From Candidatus Lokiarchaeum ossiferum (GTDB lineage Archaea; Asgardarchaeota; Lokiarchaeia; Sigyniarchaeales; Promethearchaeaceae), in contig CP104013.1 in NCBI GenBank assembly GCA_025839675.1, forward strand, positions 1,827,553 to 1,851,552: a DNA stretch of 24,000 nt, read 5' to 3'. Under the pieces are notes generated by a model, which was not told the DNA's origin, ran no database searches, and worked only from the letters and a program-made list of their open reading frames with translations. Shown one piece after another: positions 1 to 6,078 of this stretch. Position numbers and translations under genes: made by a program. The number at the start of each line of letters is the position of its first letter. Positions within the stretch are counted from its first letter, which is position 1.

Positions 1-156
1 AAAGGATTGACATAATAACCCATAGTCTTGTTTCGCAAGCGAAACATAACTTAGGATAATCAACTCAATAAACTTTCAGTTAGAAAAAGTTTAGTCAAAA
101 AGGAGTAAAAAATACGCCCAATTTTACTGCTTTGAGCAGTAGCAGTTAGGAGGATT

Positions 157-170
157 AAAAAAACAAAAAA
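157..170 (-). terminator. Oligo-T tract (T6-G-T7 on the minus strand) just after the radA stop, followed by hairpin TACTGC-N5-GCAGTA at 125-141
   Basis: Reverse complement after stop codon 176-178 reads GAAAAATTTTTTGTTTTTTT. Archaeal termination typically occurs at oligo-T runs. The hairpin at 125-141 has a 6-bp stem. Confidence 0.4.
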
Positions 171-175
171 TTTTT

Positions 176-1366
176 CTAATCTACGTCGGCGATTCCGCCT
201 TCTGTAAGTGTAAATATTGCTTCTCCTTCTGGTAAATTAGGAGCATCGATCATTTTTGCAACTCTCTGTTCACCTTTCCCTTTTCGTAGATAAATTCTAA
301 CTGTTGCTCCATGCGCAATTACATTTCCTCCTGCAGCACGAGTTGGATCTCCAAAAAATGTATCGGGTTTACTTTGGACTTGGTTTGTCACTACTACTGC
401 CAATTCAGGATACATTTCAGACAATCGTAATAAATCATGAATATGTAGGTTCAATAATTGTTGTCGATTTGCCAATGTACCCCGTCCGATAAATTCCGCC
501 CTAAAATGTGAAATAAGAGAATCAACAATAATTAATTTAATATTTTTTTCACCGATAATTTTCATGCAGTCTTTAACTAGCATGATTTGATGGTCACTTG
601 AATAGGCTCGAGCATAAACGATATTTTTTAATACTTCCCGATAATCCAATCCTTTTGCCTCAGACATTTGAATGATTCGCTCAGGTCGAAAAGTACCTTC
701 TGAATCAATATAGAGTGCTTTACCTTCAATACCACCTTGATTTCTTGGAAGTTGAACATTTACACATAATTGATGCATAATTTGTGTCTTTCCGGTGCGA
801 TATTCTCCAAAAAACTCTGTTAATCCACCAGTCTCAATTCCTTCCCCTCCCAATAAATCGTCGATCGATTTACTATTAGAACTAATGCGAGCAAGATTTT
901 TTCGTCGTTCCCACACAGAATCAGCAGTTTTAAAACCAATGTTGAGCGATTCGCGTGCCGCAGCAATTATTTTTAGGGCAGTTTTATCCCCTAATCCCGC
1001 TTGTTCCATAATTACACTCTTGGGGGTAATCGCGATGCTGTTTACAGTTCCAAAACCCGAATCTTTCAATTTTTTTGCAATAGTCGCACCCACACCAGGT
1101 AAATCTTTGATATCATAATGAATAGCTGATAATCCGTGGTAAGTTTCAAGATCTCTAATTTCTTGATCAGGAGATAATTCTTCATCTGAAGATAGTTCTT
1201 CATTAATATCAGAATCATCCTCCATGAGATCATTCAATAATTCATCGACGTTATCTTCTTCTACAGCAATTTTTGGTGAAGATTTTGTAGTTTTTTTTGA
1301 AGTAGTTTTCTTTTTACTCGCTGTAGCTTTTGCTTTAGAAGTTGTTTTTTTTTTTTTTGCGGCCAT
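176..1366 (-). CDS. radA: DNA repair and recombination protein RadA (Rad51/RecA family)
   Basis: 396-aa ORF with ATG start. N-terminal HhH-type domain (IKDLPGVGATIAKKLKDSGF), Walker A GEYRTGKTQ, Walker B-like KLIIVDSL. Collinear with archaeal RadA / eukaryotic Rad51. Carries an extra ~75-aa Lys/Ser/Thr-rich then Asp/Glu-rich N-terminal extension. Confidence 0.95.
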   Translation of the reverse strand: MAAKKKKTTSKAKATASKKKTTSKKTTKSSPKIAVEEDNVDELLNDLMEDDSDINEELSSDEELSPDQEIRDLETYHGLSAIHYDIKDLPGVGATIAKKLKDSGFGTVNSIAITPKSVIMEQAGLGDKTALKIIAAARESLNIGFKTADSVWERRKNLARISSNSKSIDDLLGGEGIETGGLTEFFGEYRTGKTQIMHQLCVNVQLPRNQGGIEGKALYIDSEGTFRPERIIQMSEAKGLDYREVLKNIVYARAYSSDHQIMLVKDCMKIIGEKNIKLIIVDSLISHFRAEFIGRGTLANRQQLLNLHIHDLLRLSEMYPELAVVVTNQVQSKPDTFFGDPTRAAGGNVIAHGATVRIYLRKGKGEQRVAKMIDAPNLPEGEAIFTLTEGGIADVD

Positions 1367-1398
1367 GTTTTTTCCCTTTTTGATCTCTTCGATTAATT

Positions 1399-1418
1399 GA
1401 ATGGAAAGCTGTCCATTC
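1399..1418. promoter_or_regulatory. Perfect 7-6-7 inverted repeat GAATGGA-aagctg-TCCATTC upstream of radA, abutting an AT-rich TATA-like TTAATT (about 1393-1398)
   Basis: Read directly. It lies 33-52 nt upstream of the radA ATG, on the BRE/TATA-distal side where archaeal regulators often bind. Confidence 0.3.
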
Positions 1419-1610
1419 CAAAAAGAAGAGTGAATAGAAATTATACTTACTTAACTACTATTATTGTGTTATATAAAAGGAAGCCTATTGAAGAATTATT
1501 AAAATATTCTCCAATTATATTTTGTATAATTTTAAGAATTTAAAGACCTTTTTTTTTGTTAAAATAAGGGTCAATTTTAAAAAATAGGGATAAAATTTTG
1601 AAAAAAAGAC

Positions 1611-2003
1611 TTAATCTTCAAGAATATCCATAATACGGTTCGTTGTACTACGCATATTAACAAATGCTAAATCCATACGGGCGTCTTCATCTAAAACACC
1701 AACGATGATGTAATCTGCACCGCACTGCATTACGAGAAATTTACCTTCAGATCCTTGAATAATGCAAATATCCAATTCACCCTTTCTTAACTCCATAAGA
1801 ACACGTTCACAAGTACTTAAAATAATTGCACTCATTGCAGCAATATGCATATCAGAGATACCTTCTTCTAAAACAGCAGAAACAATTAAGCCTTCTCTTG
1901 ATACTAAGGCAGTACTCTCCAATCCTTCAATCTTTTGCATCAATTCACGTAATAAATAGTTTAACTGGGCTTCTTCTTCCAAATTTTTGCACCAACATAT
2001 CAA
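1611..2003 (-). CDS. Roadblock/LC7 (MglB-like) domain protein
   Basis: 130-aa ORF. The pattern LLRELMQKIEGLESTALVSREGLIVSAV...DMHIAAMSAIILS...GELDICIIQGSEGKFLVMQCGADYIIVGVL is typical of the Roadblock/LC7/MglB family in length and layout. The first codon is TTG (2001-2003 = caa), so the start is uncertain. The next in-frame ATG would truncate the domain. Confidence 0.72.
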   Translation of the reverse strand: MICWCKNLEEEAQLNYLLRELMQKIEGLESTALVSREGLIVSAVLEEGISDMHIAAMSAIILSTCERVLMELRKGELDICIIQGSEGKFLVMQCGADYIIVGVLDEDARMDLAFVNMRSTTNRIMDILED

Positions 2004-2205
2004 AGGTCTAATCGTATCTAATAATAATTAGAGATAAATAACTTGAACTTTTATAACTCTACAATTATATTTTACCAAAATTCCTTAAAAATTTGGTGTA
2101 TAGTTCTTGTAGAAAAAAAAAAGAATATACCAAAACATCAGTTTTGTAATCTCATATCCAACAAACAATTTCAAATTTTTTAATACTAAGAAAAAAAATA
2201 ATCGA

Positions 2206-2217
2206 AATTGAGTGAAT
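2206..2217. repeat. Left terminal inverted repeat core (AATTGAGTGAAT)
   Basis: Exact reverse complement of 4038-4049. The two copies bracket the transposase ORFs. Confidence 0.5.
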
Positions 2218-2538
2218 CGTACTTTTTGTAATTTTCACTTTTTTTAGTAATTTATCACCCATTGGCTTTGAATCCCCCATTTTATACCACATTTAATTTT
2301 GTCGAGCAAAAGTGGACACGTTTTTTAGCATTCACAAAATTTCCCGTTTGCTAGGCCAAATTAGTGGATCTTAAATGATCTGATGATGAGCATAAAATCA
2401 TGCCCAATTTCAAGATTTTAGATAATATAAAAACCAAAACAATTTTATTCTTGTTTTCCTTACACTAATATATTCAATATCTGGGGTGCATCAGCTATTC
2501 TAATATTCAAATATCGACGACGGCCTTCAATATATCAA

Positions 2539-3021
2539 ATGCAGTTACATGATTATATCGGTCTGAAATCAACTCAAATACTTGAAATGTGGATTCCAAA
2601 GACATATCGCTATGTATATAAAAAATTTAAATGGTTTCCATTCAAGCGTCACGCCCGGAAAGCCCCTTCATTGATAGTTTCTAAATCCCAAACACGATTA
2701 GAGCATTATATATACGGAAATATTGCACATATTCTTCCCAAACGGAAGTACTTCATGCGATTTCGCAATCTTGGGCAAACAACTTATGATGATTATGCAA
2801 AAGGCATACTTCCGCAGTCAGAGTGGGATATGCTCCACACGCTACCAAAATTTTCAGGATATTTCAATCATATCTTTGAAATGAATGATCTTAGTTACTT
2901 TGATAAAATTCAAGATGAATTGGAGATACAGGGAGTTCATTTCAAAGGAATGTTCCTTCATGATATTATCGCATTTGAACTACTTCGTCGCCGCTTGGAT
3001 TCAAAGATTATTCAGGTTTAG
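2539..3021 (+). CDS. IS-associated ORF A, the probable N-terminal part of the transposase and possibly a frameshifted fragment
   Basis: 160-aa basic ORF ending at TAG 3019-3021, 5 nt before the ATG of the DDE ORF. The DDE frame is open from 2979, so the two frames overlap over 2979-3021 in a -1 relationship. No domain recognised by eye. Confidence 0.45.
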   Translation: MQLHDYIGLKSTQILEMWIPKTYRYVYKKFKWFPFKRHARKAPSLIVSKSQTRLEHYIYGNIAHILPKRKYFMRFRNLGQTTYDDYAKGILPQSEWDMLHTLPKFSGYFNHIFEMNDLSYFDKIQDELEIQGVHFKGMFLHDIIAFELLRRRLDSKIIQV

Positions 3022-3026
3022 AAAAA

Positions 3027-4028
3027 ATGTCATATTTTATTGGTGATAATCCTTTGAAGGGGATTTTACATGATTCTTACTACTTTCCCTCCGCGGATGA
3101 TATCAGTTATATTATGAATCGTATCCCTCTTTCCCGAGTCATGGATTATTTTCATAACTTAGTTCGTGAAGCTATTGATCTTAGGATAATCATTCCTAGA
3201 ATCATGATTTTTGATGGTCAATTTGTCAGAACGAACTGTAACAACAATAAAAATTCAAAAACAACAAAGTATAATGATAGTGATGCTGGATATTATCGTC
3301 ATTCAGGGAAGAAGCTTGGTGTTGGATTTGTTCATTGGACACTTTATGCGTATTGTGGGAGCTGGAAACGGGCACTTCCAATACATTTTGAGACTTTTCC
3401 AGGCAATATGAACGATAAACCAGCATCCCGCAAAACCTTTACCGCTTTTAATAATCTTAAAATTGGAGAGTGGAAGATGGTGATGGGTGATACAGGTACG
3501 TATTGTAAGAAAAGTCTGGAATTTTATCAAGATCGGGGCATTTTTCCTTTGCTTCGTGCACCAAAACACCTTAAAACTCATCCAACTCGGGAATTAAAAA
3601 AAGGATTTTGGTTTAATTCCGATTATTTTCCACCTGGATGGACAGAGCAAGACATATTATTAATGTATGCTCAACGACCTTTAGTTGAAGCAGGTCAATC
3701 TGCAAACCCTACATTTTATAATCAAAAACGATTAAATACTCGTGGATTGAATATGGCCCACCTTCATCGTACCTTAACATATATACTGGATTTAATGCGA
3801 GCAATTACAGCATATAAATTAGGTAGAACTGACTTATTGACGAAATTAAGTGCATTTTCAACTGGAAGGGAGTTTAAAACAAACTCTATGTGGATTAAAC
3901 TAGCACGAGATTCAGGTTTTTGTCAACTTCAAGAGATTGCTTTAAATCCACGACAAAAAGCATTTTGGGATAAACGTCGGAAGTGGGAAGCAGAATTAAG
4001 AAAAAAACGAAAAAACGGTAAATTTTAA
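3027..4028 (+). CDS. DDE transposase catalytic domain (IS4/IS5-like)
   Basis: 333 aa. D63 in IMIFDGQFV. DSDAGYYRHSGKKLGVGF resembles the D-x-DA-x-wg...GYK block. D155 in MVMGDTGTYCKKSLEFYQDRGIFPLL resembles aDkGYds...gi.p. The Y214-x2-R217-x3-E221 (YAQRPLVE) element fits the YREK signature. Confidence 0.8.
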   Translation: MSYFIGDNPLKGILHDSYYFPSADDISYIMNRIPLSRVMDYFHNLVREAIDLRIIIPRIMIFDGQFVRTNCNNNKNSKTTKYNDSDAGYYRHSGKKLGVGFVHWTLYAYCGSWKRALPIHFETFPGNMNDKPASRKTFTAFNNLKIGEWKMVMGDTGTYCKKSLEFYQDRGIFPLLRAPKHLKTHPTRELKKGFWFNSDYFPPGWTEQDILLMYAQRPLVEAGQSANPTFYNQKRLNTRGLNMAHLHRTLTYILDLMRAITAYKLGRTDLLTKLSAFSTGREFKTNSMWIKLARDSGFCQLQEIALNPRQKAFWDKRRKWEAELRKKRKNGKF

Positions 4029-4037
4029 GTTTTTAAA

Positions 4038-4049
4038 ATTCACTCAATT
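4038..4049. repeat. Right terminal inverted repeat core (ATTCACTCAATT)
   Basis: Exact reverse complement of 2206-2217. It ends 3 nt from the tyrS stop codon (4053-4055). Confidence 0.5.
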
Positions 4050-4052
4050 AAA

Positions 4053-5195
4053 CTATTTTTTTTGAGATTTATTCCTCTGTGCTTGTTTTTTCATCTCTTT
4101 TTTGACAAACTGCATCAACTCATTTGCATACGAATTTTCTTCGAAGTGCGTACGAACTGGTTTTATGAGTTTCTCTAAATGTTCTATTACTGCCAATTTT
4201 AAATCCACAGGAGATAATTTTTCTTGGCTATAAGCATCTTCTAAAGCCGAGTAAGACTCAAAGATAATATTTCCCCCATATTTTTCAGGTCTTTTTATCT
4301 CAAAATCATCGAAACGTTCAAATATTATAAAATTACAATATTCCAAAATTGGATTATCCTTAATCTCTCCAGGAGGACACCATGCTTTGTTAATTTTCCG
4401 CTTAATATCAGCATAAGTATCATCCATGAAAATTGCGGAATCAGGATTGGACTTACTCATTTTTCGAGCAATTTTTTTATCCATTTCATCCATTTCCGAT
4501 TCTGGAGGTTTTACAAGCCCCATTAGCATATGATGATGTATAGCGGAAGGTTTATGTCTGTATCCAACAGAGCGAGCAACTTCCCTAGCAAGCATATTCA
4601 CTTTTCTTTGATCCAATCCGAGTTGACAAATGTCTGCTTTTAATGTGAATATGTCTGCGCACTGCATTAAAGGATATAATATTTGCGAGGATTGCAGAGA
4701 GTCTTCTGAAGTACGTCCCATTATTTGGGTGCAGCGAAGAACACGCTTCAAGCTTGAATTCATTGATATTTTAAGAACAAGTTCCCAATAAGCAGGATCT
4801 TTAACTAAATCTGAAGCATAAATGAATTCCACGCGTTCTAAATCAATTCCACAAGCTTTCCATACTTCAACAAAATAATCTCCCACTTTTTTAATTACAT
4901 CTAAATTTCCACCAAATTTCTGATTTGCAGCAGCATGCCAATCAGCAACAAACATAATAAATTTAACCCCTGCTTTTGTAAATTTATTGATGTTAATGGC
5001 TCGTAATAATCCTTGTGCAATATGGATTCTACCGGATGGCTCAAACCCATCATAAGCGATAATTTGTCCAGGTTTCCTATTTTCCAATAACCATTCAAGA
5101 TGTCCTTCATCTGCTACAATTTCTCCCCCGCGACCCACGCTTAGCAATAAATTTAACTTTTCTTCATTACTTAACTCATTATTTCTAATACTCAT
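4053..5195 (-). CDS. tyrS: Tyrosine--tRNA ligase, archaeal/eukaryotic type
   Basis: 380 aa. HIGH-type motif in YDGFEPSGRIHIAQG and an exact KMSKS. The blocks ADWHAAANQK, YPLMQCAD, LGLDQRKVNMLAREV, INKAWCPPG, DNPILEY and KRPEKYGGN are collinear with my recollection of Methanocaldococcus jannaschii TyrRS. It also has a Lys-rich C-terminal tail. Confidence 0.93.
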   Translation of the reverse strand: MSIRNNELSNEEKLNLLLSVGRGGEIVADEGHLEWLLENRKPGQIIAYDGFEPSGRIHIAQGLLRAININKFTKAGVKFIMFVADWHAAANQKFGGNLDVIKKVGDYFVEVWKACGIDLERVEFIYASDLVKDPAYWELVLKISMNSSLKRVLRCTQIMGRTSEDSLQSSQILYPLMQCADIFTLKADICQLGLDQRKVNMLAREVARSVGYRHKPSAIHHHMLMGLVKPPESEMDEMDKKIARKMSKSNPDSAIFMDDTYADIKRKINKAWCPPGEIKDNPILEYCNFIIFERFDDFEIKRPEKYGGNIIFESYSALEDAYSQEKLSPVDLKLAVIEHLEKLIKPVRTHFEENSYANELMQFVKKEMKKQAQRNKSQKK

Positions 5196-5331
5196 AAAAA
5201 ATTACAATGTAAAATGAAAAAAGAATTTAATCAATATTTCTATTCTTGATAAAAAGAAAAACAACATTAATGTGTTGCATAATCTCAAAAAAATAAAATT
5301 AAATAGGTGTAAGTTTTTAGAAAAAACGAGG

Positions 5332-6051
5332 ATGAAAAAATCAACTCAGAAACCAGTCATTTTATTACTAATAATTTCAATTTTAGTACAAAATCAAGGG
5401 AATATGAGTTTTTGTCAAGGAAGCCAAAGCGATTACAATGTATCTAATGGTGATGTTTTTATTTGGGAATTTAATGATGTAGATTTTGTAGACAACAACT
5501 ATTACATTAAATTTATTATACAGGAGATTTATACAAATAATTCTATTATCGGAGAAATTGAACGGTATTATCCATTTTTGAACGTTTCAATAAGCGAAAC
5601 TGCATCAGATACTTCAATAATCAATCCCAAAGAAGAAATATATTTATTACCCGATTTTGGTTTTTTTGGATTAGAATTCAATCAATCAATTTTTGTCAAT
5701 ACATCCCAACTTCAATATTATGAAGAAAGTGGAGTCCAAACTGATTTTATTAAAATTGTTGACCAAGAAATTGAGTGTTTTGCACTTTCTGTTAACGGAA
5801 AAGAAATCTGGATTGAAAAGACTATGGGTGTTGTTGTTAAAGTTGATTATGTCAAAGTGTACACGCTTGAATTAGTATCTTGGGAAAATGTAAATTTAAT
5901 TGAATTTGCTCAAGCGAGGCATTTTGAGGATTCAAAAAATTCAATATATTATATCTTAGTTTCCGTAGCAATTGCAGGATTGTTTATTGCTTCTCATTTA
6001 ATGATTAGAAATTATAAAAAAAGAAAATTCTTAAAAAAAAAAGATTTGTAG
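5332..6051 (+). CDS. Hypothetical surface protein with an N-terminal signal/anchor and a C-terminal TM helix
   Basis: The ATG at 5332 (MKKSTQKPVILLLIISILV) is preceded by GAGG, so it is preferred over the GTG at 5272. There are five N-x-S/T sequons. The C-terminus is a TM helix (YYILVSVAIAGLFIASHLMI) followed by a basic tail. No recognisable family. Confidence 0.6.
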   Translation: MKKSTQKPVILLLIISILVQNQGNMSFCQGSQSDYNVSNGDVFIWEFNDVDFVDNNYYIKFIIQEIYTNNSIIGEIERYYPFLNVSISETASDTSIINPKEEIYLLPDFGFFGLEFNQSIFVNTSQLQYYEESGVQTDFIKIVDQEIECFALSVNGKEIWIEKTMGVVVKVDYVKVYTLELVSWENVNLIEFAQARHFEDSKNSIYYILVSVAIAGLFIASHLMIRNYKKRKFLKKKDL

Positions 6052-6078
6052 TTTTTTAATTATTAATTAAAAAACGTA

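Larger units (their letters stand above)
2191..4063 (+). mobile_element. IS4/IS5-type (DDE_Tnp_1) insertion sequence candidate with a two-ORF transposase
   Basis: DDE transposase ORFs are flanked by a perfect 12-bp inverted repeat: AATTGAGTGAAT at 2206-2217 and ATTCACTCAATT at 4038-4049. An imperfect outward extension (A8-TA at 2191-2200 versus TA-T8 at 4054-4063, one indel) may be low-complexity coincidence. Outer boundaries are uncertain and no clear target-site duplication was seen. Confidence 0.55.

Noticed and set aside
795-1118. 107-aa plus-strand ORF inside radA, plus similar track ORFs at 304-492, 1762-1959 and 1826-2011
   Set aside because: They lie entirely antisense to well-supported genes with strong family motifs. 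They show no motifs of their own and have the composition typical of shadow frames.
1345-1358. A14/T14 homopolymer in radA codons 4-7 as a phase-variation or slippage switch
   Set aside because: Long A/T runs encoding Lys stretches recur in this AT-rich window (A12 at 9130-9141, T10 at 16770-16779). The tract alone is therefore not evidence of regulated slippage; population sequencing would be needed.
2383-2389. C-box-like AUGAUGA suggesting a C/D box sRNA
   Set aside because: No CUGA D box, C' box or D' box lies at the appropriate 50-70 nt spacing on the same strand. The sequence lies inside the putative IS leader.
2483-2489. A second GGGGTGC heptamer, possibly another THI-box
   Set aside because: None of the other TPP aptamer elements (CUGAGA, ACCCUU, CUGGAUAAU..CCAG, GCGUAGGGAA) follow it.
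3019-3029. A6 run (3022-3027) as a programmed -1 frameshift site joining the two transposase ORFs
   Set aside because: The A run lies downstream of the ORF A stop codon (TAG 3019-3021), so ribosomes in the ORF A frame would terminate before reaching it. No X-XXY-YYZ heptamer is visible in the 2979-3021 overlap.
3211-3581. Three short ORFs (3211-3411 +, 3226-3426 -, 3303-3581 -) inside the transposase gene
   Set aside because: They are alternative-frame or antisense ORFs within the DDE transposase frame, which carries the catalytic motifs.
5272-5331. Upstream alternative-start extensions reported by the ORF track (5272 GTG, 8793 TTG, 12600, 13786, 20181 TTG, 21142, 21980)
   Set aside because: In each case a downstream ATG gives a family-typical N-terminus or signal peptide, or has better RBS or operon spacing. 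The extensions add non-conserved residues or overlap upstream genes.
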